This document shows positions 18,341-28,299 of a stretch of DNA of 44,564 nucleotides, piece after piece. The notes beneath the pieces were generated by a model. It had not been told where the DNA came from, searched no databases, and saw nothing but the letters and a program-made list of their open reading frames with translations. Every line of letters starts with the position of its first letter. The first letter of the stretch is position 1. Origin of the DNA: Acutalibacteraceae bacterium (lineage in GTDB: Bacteria; Bacillota; Clostridia; Oscillospirales; Acutalibacteraceae); NCBI GenBank assembly GCA_045635145.1, contig JAZRBQ010000150.1, positions 1 through 44,564 of the forward strand, in the 5' to 3' direction. The translations under genes and the position numbers were made by a program.

Positions 18341-20163
18341 TATTTTCTCTTCGATTCGTACTTCATTCGTTCTTCTTTGTTTAAAATTCGTTTGCGAAGT
18401 CTTATATTGTTTGGTGTAATTTCCACCAACTCATCATTTTTAATAAACTCAAGTGATTGCTCAAGGCTGAGTACGGTATGGGGCACTAAACGAAGCGCAT
18501 CATCCGAACCCGAAGCACGAGTGTTTGTCAATTGCTTTTTCTTGCAAACGTTACAAACTATATCTTCATTCTTTGGATTTTCGCCGACAATCATACCCTC
18601 ATACACTTCGGTAGCGGGACCGATAAAGAGTCTGCCGCGGCTTTGTGTGTTGTAAAGACCGTAGCCTGTTGCATCGCCTGTTTCGTGTGCAATAATAGAG
18701 CCTGTAGAACGCTGCGCAATATCGCCCTTATATTCTTCATAACTGTTGAAAACGTGGTTCATAATACCGTTACCGTTAGTATCGGTCAAGAACTGTGAAC
18801 GGTAGCCCAAAAGTCCGCGGGCAGGAATCAAAAATTCAAGGTGTGAAGTACCGCCTTCACGTGTGCCCATATTTTTAATTTCAGCTTTGCGGGTACCAAG
18901 TCTTTCCATAACCGCTCCCACATACTGTTCGGGAACTTCAATCATCAAAAGCTCAATAGGTTCCAAGAGTTTGCCGTCTTCGGTCTTTTTATAAATAACC
19001 TCAGGCGGAGAAACCTGAAATTCATAACCCTGACGGCGCATTGTTTCAATCAAGATTGAAAGATGCAATTCGCCACGACCCGAAACCTTAAAGGTATCAG
19101 CCGAGTCGGTTTCTTCTACACGTAAACTAACGTTAGTCATAACTTCCTTAAACAAGCGGTCGCGCAAATTACGTGAAGTTACAAACTTGCCGTCGCGTCC
19201 CGCAAAGGGAGAATTGTTAACCATAAAGTTCATAGAAAGGGTCGGCTCATCAATCTTTACAAAAGGTAAGGGTTCAATACAATCGGTAGCGCAAGCAGTT
19301 TCGCCGATTTCAAGACTGTCAAGACCGGCAACCTGAATAATGTCGCCTGCCGCAGCCGATTCAACCTCTACCCTCTTTAAGCCCTTATACATAAAGAGCT
19401 TTGCAATTTTCATATTGTTAAAACTGCCATCCTTATGACAAAGAGCCACAGCTTGTCCCGATTTAAGCGAACCGCGAATAACACGGCCCACACCTATACG
19501 ACCCAAATATTCATCATATTCAATATTTGTGAAAAGAATTTGTAAAGGTGCTTGCTTATCACCTTCGGGAGCTTCAATTTCTTTTACAATTGCATCGAAA
19601 AGCGGACGCATATCTTCACCCTTAATATCGGGCGAGTAGGAAGCATAACCGTCACGACCTGAAGCGAATACCACTGGGAATTCGATTTGTTCTTCGTCGG
19701 CGCCAAGTTCAATAAACAAGTCAAGCACTTCGTCAACAACCTCATAAGGTCTTGCCATAGGTCTATCAATCTTATTAACCACAACAACCGCTTTTTTGTT
19801 AAGCGCCAACGCCTTCTTAAGCACGAAGCGGGTTTGGGGCATACAACCTTCAAATGCGTCAACAAGCAAAAGTACGCCGTCAACCATTTGCAAAATACGT
19901 TCAACCTCGCCACCAAAATCGGCGTGACCCGGGGTATCAACAATATTGATTTTAATATCGCCGTACATAACGCTTGTGTTTTTAGAAAGAATGGTTATAC
20001 CGCGTTCTCTTTCCAAATCATTGGAGTCCATAACACGCTCGTCAACCGATTCATTTTCACGGAAGGTACCGCTTTGTCTTAAAAGCTGGTCAACAAGGGT
20101 TGTCTTACCGTGGTCAACGTGGGCAATTATAGCTATGTTTCTTAAATTTTCAATCTTTGCCAT
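18340..20163 (-). CDS. typA: translational GTPase TypA/BipA
   Basis: G motifs [14 protein letters not shown] and NKID. EF-G-like domain layout and 607 aa. N-terminus [25 protein letters not shown] is typical of TypA. Confidence 0.93.
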   Translation of the reverse strand: MAKIENLRNIAIIAHVDHGKTTLVDQLLRQSGTFRENESVDERVMDSNDLERERGITILSKNTSVMYGDIKINIVDTPGHADFGGEVERILQMVDGVLLLVDAFEGCMPQTRFVLKKALALNKKAVVVVNKIDRPMARPYEVVDEVLDLFIELGADEEQIEFPVVFASGRDGYASYSPDIKGEDMRPLFDAIVKEIEAPEGDKQAPLQILFTNIEYDEYLGRIGVGRVIRGSLKSGQAVALCHKDGSFNNMKIAKLFMYKGLKRVEVESAAAGDIIQVAGLDSLEIGETACATDCIEPLPFVKIDEPTLSMNFMVNNSPFAGRDGKFVTSRNLRDRLFKEVMTNVSLRVEETDSADTFKVSGRGELHLSILIETMRRQGYEFQVSPPEVIYKKTEDGKLLEPIELLMIEVPEQYVGAVMERLGTRKAEIKNMGTREGGTSHLEFLIPARGLLGYRSQFLTDTNGNGIMNHVFNSYEEYKGDIAQRSTGSIIAHETGDATGYGLYNTQSRGRLFIGPATEVYEGMIVGENPKNEDIVCNVCKKKQLTNTRASGSDDALRLVPHTVLSLEQSLEFIKNDELVEITPNNIRLRKRILNKEERMKYESKRK

Positions 20164-20197
20164 TCAAAAACTTCCCTTTATATAGTTTAACTTATAT

Positions 20198-20226
20198 ATT
20201 ATATTATATATATAATACTTTGTCAA
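20198..20226 (-). promoter_or_regulatory. consensus sigma-A promoter for typA (TTGACA-17-TATAAT)
   Basis: Minus strand: -35 TTGACA (20226-20221), exactly 17 nt, -10 TATAAT (20203-20198). About 35 nt upstream of the typA ATG, which has SD AAGGGAAG. Confidence 0.7.
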
Positions 20227-20264
20227 ATAAAAAACACCCGTATTTCCAAAAAATACAGGTGTTT
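20227..20264 (-). terminator. rho-independent terminator after the PBP gene
   Basis: 12-bp stem on the minus-strand RNA (ACACCTGTATTT / AAATACGGGTGT with one G-U), 5-nt loop, followed by TTTTTTATTT. Begins 4 nt after the stop at 20268. Confidence 0.75.
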
Positions 20265-20267
20265 GTA

Positions 20268-22610
20268 TTATTCTATTGTCGTATCTTGGGATGGTGTGCT
20301 ATCCTCCGATGAAGTACTGCCTTGCGAAGTGTCGGCAGGCTCGCTCGAAGGTGTATCACTCGAAGTATCCTCCGACGGTGTGGAATCGGTGCTGCTGCTA
20401 GGCGATTCTTCCGAAGAAATATTTCCACTTTGTGTTTCACTTTCGTTAGGCTCTAACGGTAAAGATTCGGTCGGTTCTGATGAAGTAACCGATGAAGTAT
20501 CCGAAGAAGTCGCTTCTTCAGAGCTGTTATCATCCAATTCTTCTTGCGGCAAATAATCTTCTTCCTTTAAAACAATACCGGGGGTTGTACCCACCTTATA
20601 ATAACCGTTGCCCTTGCGGTAAACGTCTTCACTGTCCTTGAATTCAATCGGCTCTAAATCCTTGTGGATTTCACGCATAATATCGCGCCAAACCGTCTTG
20701 GCAGCGCTTGTGTTATATACACGTTGGTTATGGTCAAAGCCATACCAAACCGAACCGACGTAATAAGGTGTGCCGCCAACCAACCAAGAATCCTTAGTAT
20801 CACTTGAAGTACCGGTTTTTGCATAAGCCTTCATACGCCAATTAAAGCCGCCGATAAGCCTGCCCGTGCCGCCTTCGGCATAAACCACTTCGCGCAATAA
20901 ATGATTCATGATAGTTGCAGTAGATTCACTTATGGCGCGTTCACCCTTAGTATCTTCTTCTAAAATAACCTCGCCCGAAACACCAACGATTTTGTAATAA
21001 GTAGTCGGTTTATAATAAATACCGCCGTTACCAAAAATCGCAAACGCCGACGCCGATTCTATTGGAGTTATACCGTAAGTGCAGCCGCCAAGCGCCAAGG
21101 AAGCGGCGTTTTTGTCGGCATTAACCAAGTGTTTAAACTTTAGCTTTTCTGTCAAGAATGTATATGAATTCTCAATTCCAACGTCGTCCATAAGCCTTAC
21201 GGGAACGGCGTTCATCGAACGGCGAAGGGCATAATTTAGAGGCACTTGACCCATATAATCGCCAAACCATTCACGCGGGCCCCAACGGCCATCACTATAG
21301 TAATGCTTTATAGGTTTATCAAGCACGGTTGTGGTGTAATCGGCAATATCATTTTCAATCGCCAATGAATAAACACCCAAAGGCTTCATAGTAGAGCCTG
21401 GCTGACGCGGAACGTCGGCACGGTTAAGCCCGCGGTTAACAGTTTTTTCACCAACACCGCCAACCACACCTACGATATGTCCCTCGTAATCCATAACAGC
21501 CATTGCCGACTGTACGTCTTCTAACTCGCCTTTTTCGTTTTTGCGTTTTTCATTAAAATAGCTTTGCCTATCTTCATAAACAACTTCCATAGTGGACTGA
21601 ATTTTAGGATTCATAGTAGAATAAACCTTAAATCCGCCATTATAAAACATTTGGGAAGCAATAGCGTTATTACACTTATACTTTTCAGATAAATCGGCTA
21701 TTACCTGCTCTATTAACGTATCAATAAAATAGTCGTTAATATCGGTATCAAGGTTCTCTTTTTGAGAAAAATCGAGGGTTATTTCTTCATAATACGCCGA
21801 TTGATATTCAGCATAAGAAATATGCCCAAGTTCATACATTTTACTAAGCACAGTGCGACGTCGTGCCCTGTTTTCTTCCATACTGCGCACAGGGTTATAC
21901 TTAGACGGATTTTTGGTTATTGCCGCTATTGCCGCGCTTTCGGCAAGGGTTAATTCGGATACATCTTTATTGAAATAATAATTTGCTGCAACCTCAACGC
22001 CGTTAATACCGTTGCCTAAAGCAATCGTATTAAGATATGCTTCCAAAATTTCGTCCTTTGAAAGCTTGGTTTCAATAAAGATTGCGCGAACAATTTCACG
22101 TACCTTGCGAGAATACACCTTTTCGTTATCCCAAGTGATATTTTTAATCAATTGTTGGGTTATTGTCGAAGCGCCAAAATCAACCGAACTAAACTTGAAA
22201 ACCTGGTTTAAAGCCGCCAAAACAGTACGCGCCCAATCGACACCGTGATGTTTTTCAAAATCCTCGTCTTCAATGGCAATAAAGGCGTTTTTAAGATATT
22301 CAGGCATCTTCCCAATCGGCACCCAAATACGATTTTCGTCGCCGTGAAGACGCTTGTATTCTTCCCATTCGCCGAGCTCGTTTTTATAGTATATAACCGA
22401 AGTCATATTAAGTTCCAAATTCCTTACGTTTTCAACGATTTTCAGAGAAGAAAATATGTCAAATTTGTTTGGCAAATCATACCCCGCAGAAAACAAGGTT
22501 GATAAAAATACGCAAAGTATTAAAAGACAGGATATTAAATTTACAAAAATATTTTTAAATTTAAAAAAATCCAATTTTCGCGCGTCTTTATTATCTCTTT
22601 TAAAGGCCAA
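20268..22610 (-). CDS. class A penicillin-binding protein (glycosyltransferase + transpeptidase) with low-complexity C-terminal tail
   Basis: GT51 motifs AIEDEDFEKHHG and GASTITQQL. Transpeptidase motifs STMKP, SMN and KTGT. N-terminal signal anchor. Start ambiguous: TTG 22610 lies 9 nt after GGAAAGGA, and the upstream in-frame TTG 22631 (ORF-track start) has no SD. Confidence 0.88.
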   Translation of the reverse strand: MAFKRDNKDARKLDFFKFKNIFVNLISCLLILCVFLSTLFSAGYDLPNKFDIFSSLKIVENVRNLELNMTSVIYYKNELGEWEEYKRLHGDENRIWVPIGKMPEYLKNAFIAIEDEDFEKHHGVDWARTVLAALNQVFKFSSVDFGASTITQQLIKNITWDNEKVYSRKVREIVRAIFIETKLSKDEILEAYLNTIALGNGINGVEVAANYYFNKDVSELTLAESAAIAAITKNPSKYNPVRSMEENRARRRTVLSKMYELGHISYAEYQSAYYEEITLDFSQKENLDTDINDYFIDTLIEQVIADLSEKYKCNNAIASQMFYNGGFKVYSTMNPKIQSTMEVVYEDRQSYFNEKRKNEKGELEDVQSAMAVMDYEGHIVGVVGGVGEKTVNRGLNRADVPRQPGSTMKPLGVYSLAIENDIADYTTTVLDKPIKHYYSDGRWGPREWFGDYMGQVPLNYALRRSMNAVPVRLMDDVGIENSYTFLTEKLKFKHLVNADKNAASLALGGCTYGITPIESASAFAIFGNGGIYYKPTTYYKIVGVSGEVILEEDTKGERAISESTATIMNHLLREVVYAEGGTGRLIGGFNWRMKAYAKTGTSSDTKDSWLVGGTPYYVGSVWYGFDHNQRVYNTSAAKTVWRDIMREIHKDLEPIEFKDSEDVYRKGNGYYKVGTTPGIVLKEEDYLPQEELDDNSSEEATSSDTSSVTSSEPTESLPLEPNESETQSGNISSEESPSSSTDSTPSEDTSSDTPSSEPADTSQGSTSSEDSTPSQDTTIE

Positions 22611-22640
22611 AATATCCCATCCTTTCCACAAATTTTCTTA

Positions 22641-22669
22641 ATTATAGCACTTTAAATTTAAGATATCAA
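22641..22669 (-). promoter_or_regulatory. candidate promoter for the PBP gene (TTGATA-17-TATAAT)
   Basis: Minus strand: -35 TTGATA (22669-22664), 17 nt, -10 TATAAT (22646-22641). The predicted transcription start would be only a few nt upstream of TTG 22631. Confidence 0.45.
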
Positions 22670-22724
22670 TCGCTTTTTCAACTAACAATAATTGTAAATT
22701 TTCTATAAATTTGGTAAATCTGTA

Positions 22725-22753
22725 TTGCAAGAACAGAAAAATAACATTATAAT
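22725..22753 (+). promoter_or_regulatory. candidate promoter for the fused ABC gene (TTGCAA-17-TATAAT)
   Basis: -35 TTGCAA (22725-22730), 17 nt, -10 TATAAT (22748-22753). About 30 nt upstream of ATG 22784, which has SD GAAGGGA. Confidence 0.55.
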
Positions 22754-22783
22754 TACTATATTAACCACGAAGGGAAATAAAAA

Positions 22784-25700
22784 ATGCTACAACTAAAGGG
22801 TATTAAAAAGAATTATATAACGGGCGATACCACCGTTCAAGCACTCAAAGGTATTGATTTACGCTTCCGCAAAAGTGAATTTGTATCGGTACTTGGTCAA
22901 TCTGGCTGTGGTAAAACAACACTTTTAAATATAATAGGCGGACTTGATAAATATTCCGACGGCGACCTTTTTATAAACGGTGTTTCTACAAAAAACTTTA
23001 AAGCAAGGGACTGGGATAACTACCGCAACCATTCGGTAGGCTTCGTTTTCCAAAGCTATAACCTTATCCCACACCAATCAGTTTTACAAAACGTTGAACT
23101 GGCGTTAACCCTTTCGGGCGTTTCTAAAAGAGAACGCCGTAAAAGAGCTGTCGAAGCACTCGAAAAGGTAGGCCTTTCTGACCAATTAAAGAAAAAGCCG
23201 AGCGAAATGTCGGGCGGACAGATGCAGCGTGTTGCCATTGCCCGTGCAATCGTTAACAACCCCGATATTATTTTAGCCGACGAACCCACAGGCGCGCTTG
23301 ATACCGAAACCAGCGTTCAGGTAATGGAAATTTTGAAGGAAATTTCTAAAGAGCGCCTTGTAATTATGGTTACCCACAACCCTGAGCTTGCCGAAGAATA
23401 CTCAACACGTATTATTCGTATGCTTGACGGTGTTGTTACTAGCGACAGTAATCCGCTTACACGTGAAGAATTATCGCCCGAATCAGTTTTAGAGGCAGCC
23501 CCCCACCTGCGCACCAAAACCAAAAAGGCAAAAATGCCCTCTATGTCGCTTTCGACCTCTTTTTCACTTTCGCTTAAAAATTTATTTTCCAAAAAAGGCC
23601 GCACAATCTTAACCTCATTTGCGGGAAGTATCGGTATTATTGGTATTGCCCTTATTTTTGCGGTTTCGCAAGGTATGACAACCTACATCAATATCGTTCA
23701 GGAAGACACCCTTTCATCCTACCCGTTAACACTTGAAAATCAGTCGATGGACGTTTCATCCCTTTTGGAAGCCTTTATAGGCTCGGCTGCGGCGGCTGAA
23801 AAGCACGATAACGATGCGGTTTATCAAAAATCAATGATTTATGATATGCTCAACGCCTTAAACACCACCGAAACCAATAAAAACGACCTTAAATCCTTCA
23901 AAACCTATCTTGAAAATCAACTTGCGAAGGATAGCACAAATGAAGAACTCAAAAGCGCTGTAAACGGTGTTTCTTATACCTACGATTTTGATATGCTGAT
24001 TTATACCGAAAACAGCGAAGGCAAAATTATTCGCTCCGATTCACAAGAGCTTATGCAGGAAATTATGCTCGAGCATCTTGGTATGGATATGAGCAATATG
24101 ATTCAGATGAGCGAAAGCGCCGGTATGAGCAGTAGTATGATGACCATGGGCGGTGGAATGAAGCTTTGGCAAGAAATGCTAACAGGTAAAAACGGTGAGC
24201 TTATTAATCCGCTTATCAAAAAGCAATACGATATGATTTACGGCGATTGGCCTAATGATTACAACGAAATCGTACTTGTGCTTGACGAAAATAATGAACT
24301 TGACGATATTTCACTTTATGCATTAGGTCTTAAAACCAAGGAAGATATCAACGCTTTGGCAGATGCCGCAATAAATAAGACCGAGCTTAAATATGAGCAA
24401 AAAAAGTGGTCTTATGAAGAAATTTGCGATAGAGAATTCCGCGTAATTCTTAATTCAGACTGCTTCACCTACGATGAAAACAGCAGTCTTTACACCGATT
24501 TGCGCGAAACTTCGGCAGGTCTTAAATACCTTTACGATAACGGCATAAACCTTAAGGTTACAGGTATTATCCGCCCAAATGAAGAAGCCGTTTCTACTAT
24601 GCTTACGGGCGCTATCGGATATACCAAATCTCTTACCGAATACGTTGTGGAAAAAGCCCACAATTCAAAGGCTATAAAAGAGCAAAAAGAAAAACCAAAG
24701 ACCGATATTTTCACAAATCTTCCCTTTAGTGAAAACAGCCAAAACCTTACCGACAAAGAAAAACAGGCCGAATTCAAAAAGTATTTAAATTCGCTTGATG
24801 AACACAAAAAAGCCGAAACTTATCTTAAAATCAAGTCGGTTCCCGCTAAGGCTGAGGTTCAAGCCTTTGTGGATAACACCATCGGCACTATGACAAGGGA
24901 GGATATGGAAGCAACCCTTTCCCCTGTTTTATCGGCTCAAACAGGTATGAGCGAAAGCGAACTCGGCAATTATTTATCTTCAATGAAGGAAGAAGATTTA
25001 AAAGAAATCTTCACTTCAATTTTAGAAGAACAGTATAAATCACAATACGCAGCTACCGTTGCTATGCAATTAGCACTTCTAACCGAAGAACAGTTAGTAG
25101 CCGCATTGGAAGTAGAAAAATCCAACTACTCAACCGAAGAATGCGCTTTATTCTATGACGAAGTTTTGGAATTTTCCGAATCAAGCTACGACAGCAATAT
25201 GCGCAAACTCGGTTACGTAAGCCTTGACACCCCCTCTTCAATCAATATTTTTGCCACCACCTTTGAAGAAAAGGATATAATCGAAGCTGCTATAACCGAA
25301 TATAACGACGGTGTTGATGACCTTTCAAAAATCAGTTATACCGACTATTTAGGTATTATGATGTCCTCAATTACCACCATTATCAACGCTATAACCTACG
25401 TGCTTATTGCATTTGTTGCGGTATCACTCGTTGTTTCTTCGATTATGATTGGCGTTATAACCCTGATTTCAGTACAAGAACGCACCAAGGAAATCGGTAT
25501 TCTTCGCGCTATTGGTGCTTCAAAGCGCAACGTATCCACAATGTTTAACGCCGAAACGGTTATAATAGGCTTTACTTCGGGTGCTTTGGGTGTGCTTATA
25601 ACCTATCTTTTATGCATACCCATAAACCTTATTTTGCATGAGCTTACAGGCATTAATAATCTTAACGCTATATTGCCCATACCCGTGGCAATAATTCTTG

Positions 25701-25795
25701 TAATAATAAGCGTTTTCCTCACTATGCTTTCAGGTCTTATTCCTTCACGCTCTGCCGCTAAAAAAGACCCGGTAATAGCACTTAGAACCGAATAA
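22784..25795 (+). CDS. MacB/FtsX-type ABC transporter, fused ATP-binding and permease protein with a very large extracytoplasmic domain
   Basis: N-terminal MacB/LolD-like ATPase ([34 protein letters not shown]). One TM at about aa 275-295, then ~570 aa of hydrophilic sequence. C-terminal FtsX module ([20 protein letters not shown] plus three more TMs). Confidence 0.85.
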   Translation: MLQLKGIKKNYITGDTTVQALKGIDLRFRKSEFVSVLGQSGCGKTTLLNIIGGLDKYSDGDLFINGVSTKNFKARDWDNYRNHSVGFVFQSYNLIPHQSVLQNVELALTLSGVSKRERRKRAVEALEKVGLSDQLKKKPSEMSGGQMQRVAIARAIVNNPDIILADEPTGALDTETSVQVMEILKEISKERLVIMVTHNPELAEEYSTRIIRMLDGVVTSDSNPLTREELSPESVLEAAPHLRTKTKKAKMPSMSLSTSFSLSLKNLFSKKGRTILTSFAGSIGIIGIALIFAVSQGMTTYINIVQEDTLSSYPLTLENQSMDVSSLLEAFIGSAAAAEKHDNDAVYQKSMIYDMLNALNTTETNKNDLKSFKTYLENQLAKDSTNEELKSAVNGVSYTYDFDMLIYTENSEGKIIRSDSQELMQEIMLEHLGMDMSNMIQMSESAGMSSSMMTMGGGMKLWQEMLTGKNGELINPLIKKQYDMIYGDWPNDYNEIVLVLDENNELDDISLYALGLKTKEDINALADAAINKTELKYEQKKWSYEEICDREFRVILNSDCFTYDENSSLYTDLRETSAGLKYLYDNGINLKVTGIIRPNEEAVSTMLTGAIGYTKSLTEYVVEKAHNSKAIKEQKEKPKTDIFTNLPFSENSQNLTDKEKQAEFKKYLNSLDEHKKAETYLKIKSVPAKAEVQAFVDNTIGTMTREDMEATLSPVLSAQTGMSESELGNYLSSMKEEDLKEIFTSILEEQYKSQYAATVAMQLALLTEEQLVAALEVEKSNYSTEECALFYDEVLEFSESSYDSNMRKLGYVSLDTPSSINIFATTFEEKDIIEAAITEYNDGVDDLSKISYTDYLGIMMSSITTIINAITYVLIAFVAVSLVVSSIMIGVITLISVQERTKEIGILRAIGASKRNVSTMFNAETVIIGFTSGALGVLITYLLCIPINLILHELTGINNLNAILPIPVAIILVIISVFLTMLSGLIPSRSAAKKDPVIALRTE

Positions 25796-25820
25796 TTTCA
25801 AGCTTTTTATCCCTATTATT

Positions 25821-25860
25821 ACACCGCAGGAGTGTCAAACCCCTGCGGTGTATATTTTTT
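25821..25860 (+). terminator. rho-independent terminator
   Basis: 10-bp stem ACACCGCAGG (25821-25830) / CCTGCGGTGT (25842-25851), 11-nt loop, then TATATTTTTT. Confidence 0.75.
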
Positions 25861-25941
25861 AGCAAATATTTCAAAAAAACTCTTCTATTTTCACACAATT
25901 TTTGGTATAATAAATTTAACTATGTACAGGTGGTGTAGATT

Positions 25942-26700
25942 GTGTTTATAAATATAAACGGTCTTAATATAGAATATACCATAGAAGGCGAAGGTTACCC
26001 CGTTTTATTATTGCACGGTTGGGGATCGTCTTACGTTGCATACACAGGTATTATAAACACCCTTAAAAATCGCCACAAGGTAATAGCGCTAAACTTCCCC
26101 GGTTGCGGCAATTCCGACACAATGGAGAATCCTTGGACTTTAGATGATTACTGCAATTTAGTGCTTGAATTTATGAAAGCACTCGATATTAACAATCCCA
26201 TTATGTTCGGTCATTCACACGGTGGCAGAGTTACTATCAAGATGGTAGCAAGCGGTATGTTTAATCCACCAAAAATCGTTTTGCTCGATTCGGCAGGACT
26301 TATTCCTAAAAAAAGCTTTCGCCAAAAATGGCGTGCTAAAAGCTTTAAGCTTATAAAAGCAATTCTCACTTTGCCTATTATAAAAAGTTTTTCTGCTCCC
26401 CTTTTAGATAAAGCAAGACGCCATTACGGCTCAGCCGATTACAACGCCGCTCCCCCCGTTTTGCGTCAAACCTTGGTATCGCTCGTCAACACCGACTTGC
26501 GCGATATTTTAGAAAATATCAAATGCCCAACACTTCTTATTTGGGGCGAGAACGACACCGCAACCCCACTTTCCGACGCTAAAATAATCGAAAGTAAAAT
26601 AGGCGACTGCGGTCTTTGTGTTATAAAGGGTACAGGTCATTTTTCCTTTTGTGAAAAACCCTTTGAAGCCCACGCTATAATAAACAGTTTTATTAGTTAA
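25942..26700 (+). CDS. alpha/beta-fold hydrolase
   Basis: GTG start 5 nt after AGGTGG. HGWGSS oxyanion region, nucleophile elbow GHSHGG (GxSxG), C-terminal GTGHF with the putative catalytic His. Confidence 0.75.
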   Translation: MFININGLNIEYTIEGEGYPVLLLHGWGSSYVAYTGIINTLKNRHKVIALNFPGCGNSDTMENPWTLDDYCNLVLEFMKALDINNPIMFGHSHGGRVTIKMVASGMFNPPKIVLLDSAGLIPKKSFRQKWRAKSFKLIKAILTLPIIKSFSAPLLDKARRHYGSADYNAAPPVLRQTLVSLVNTDLRDILENIKCPTLLIWGENDTATPLSDAKIIESKIGDCGLCVIKGTGHFSFCEKPFEAHAIINSFIS

Positions 26701-26713
26701 TGAAGGTGTTTTA

Positions 26714-28288
26714 ATGAATATTTATTTACTTATTTCCTTAATATTGGCGGCTTTTAGCGCACTTTTCAGCATTACCCGCCAATTCCAAATGTTCCAACAA
26801 AATTCTTACTACCCATCACGCTATTTCAGGTGGCTTAAGGGCAGTTCATCAAATGGTCTTTTCGGTGCGGCTTTAGCCTACCTTGTGATAGCCGTTCTCT
26901 ATTTCTTTAAGTTATACATAATCCAATGTATAATGAGCGCCATTTTACTATTATGCTTTATTATTTCGGCAATTAAAATTCAAAAAAAATCGGTCAAGGG
27001 TCTTGTTTTTACCGACAGAGTTAAACGACTTTATTTGGCATGCGGCTTACTTTCGGCAATTTTCATCCTATTATATGCTTTTTGCCCCCAAAACATAGTG
27101 GGGCGTGTGGCTATCGCCCTTTGCCTTATCCTTTCTTACGTCACTCCACTTACCACCTTTGCACTTTGGGGCATTACCTTACCCGTTGAAAAGGCAATTT
27201 CAAGATACTATATAAACGACGCCAAAAAGGTGCTTGCAAACCGTCCTGATATGACGGTTATCGGCATTACGGGTAGCTACGGCAAAACCACAACAAAATT
27301 TATTTTAACTCGTATTTTAAGCGAAAAATTCAACGTTGTTTGTACACCGCACAGCTACAATACACCGATGGGTGTTGTTAAAACCATCCGCACAATGCTA
27401 AAACCCCAAACCGAAATTTTCGTTTGCGAAATGGGCGCTAAAGAGGTTGGCAACATTAAAGAAGTTTGTGATATTGCAAGTCCCAAATACGGCATTATCA
27501 CATCGGTCGGTCCCCAACACCTTGAAACCTTTAAATCAATTGAAAACGTATTTTCAACCAAGTTTGAATTAGCCGACGCAGTAAAAGAAAACGGCGGACT
27601 TACCTTTGTAAACGGCGATAGCAAAGAAATTATCGACCGCATTGGCGATGAGTTTAAGGTTTACGGCACCGATAAAAGCTTTGATTTTTACGGCAAAGAC
27701 CTTTCTTACGGTCGCGGCGGCTCACAATTCACACTAAAGCTTGGCCGCAAAAACGTCAAATTCACCACTGCGCTTTTAGGTCTTCACAGTATAATTGATA
27801 TAATAGGCGCAGTATCACTCGCCTATACTTTGGGCGTGGATATCCCCGATTTGCAATATGCGGTGGCTTCTCTAAAACCGGCCGAACACCGATTAGAAAT
27901 GAAACCCTTTACAAACGGCTCACTTCTTATTGACGACGCTTACAACTCCAACCCTGAAGGTTGCCTTGAAGCCGTGCGAGTGCTCGGTTCGTTTGACGGT
28001 ATGCAAAAGGTTATCGTAACCCCAGGTCTTGTAGAACTTGGCGAAAAGGAATATGAATGCAATTATGCGCTCGGCAAGGAAGCCGCGCAAAATTGCGACA
28101 AAATTATTCTTGTTGGCACAAACCGTTCAAAACCGATTGCCGACGGTGTACGCGAAAACGGATTTGGTGAAGAAAATTTATTTATTGCGGCAAGCTTTAA
28201 AGAAGCTATGGATATTTATTCCACCTTTGCAGATAAAAACACCGTAGTGCTTTTTGAAAACGATTTGCCAGATAATTACTTGTATTAA
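26714..28288 (+). CDS. murF: MurF-type Mur ligase (UDP-MurNAc-tripeptide--D-Ala-D-Ala ligase-like) with an N-terminal multi-pass membrane domain
   Basis: aa 1-~160 hold five hydrophobic segments. From aa ~184 come the Mur ligase P-loop GITGSYGKTTTK, EMGAKEVGNIKEVCDIASPKYGIITSVGPQHLE, the C-terminal-domain motif DDAYNSNP and GLVELGEKE, all MurF-like. Directly upstream of ddl. The symbol is tentative because canonical MurF domain 1 seems to be replaced. Confidence 0.7.
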   Translation: MNIYLLISLILAAFSALFSITRQFQMFQQNSYYPSRYFRWLKGSSSNGLFGAALAYLVIAVLYFFKLYIIQCIMSAILLLCFIISAIKIQKKSVKGLVFTDRVKRLYLACGLLSAIFILLYAFCPQNIVGRVAIALCLILSYVTPLTTFALWGITLPVEKAISRYYINDAKKVLANRPDMTVIGITGSYGKTTTKFILTRILSEKFNVVCTPHSYNTPMGVVKTIRTMLKPQTEIFVCEMGAKEVGNIKEVCDIASPKYGIITSVGPQHLETFKSIENVFSTKFELADAVKENGGLTFVNGDSKEIIDRIGDEFKVYGTDKSFDFYGKDLSYGRGGSQFTLKLGRKNVKFTTALLGLHSIIDIIGAVSLAYTLGVDIPDLQYAVASLKPAEHRLEMKPFTNGSLLIDDAYNSNPEGCLEAVRVLGSFDGMQKVIVTPGLVELGEKEYECNYALGKEAAQNCDKIILVGTNRSKPIADGVRENGFGEENLFIAASFKEAMDIYSTFADKNTVVLFENDLPDNYLY

Positions 28289-28299
28289 GGAGATTTGTT

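Noticed and set aside
20191-20220. TA-rich alternating stretch (CTTATATATTATATTATATATATAATACTT) considered as a microsatellite or unusual DNA structure
   Set aside because: Coincides exactly with the -10 and spacer of the consensus typA promoter. No regular repeat unit beyond TA-richness.
20263-20556. 97-aa Ser/Glu/Val-rich ORF on the + strand
   Set aside because: Mirror image of the low-complexity C-terminal tail of the PBP gene. Such repeats stay open in both strands by composition alone.
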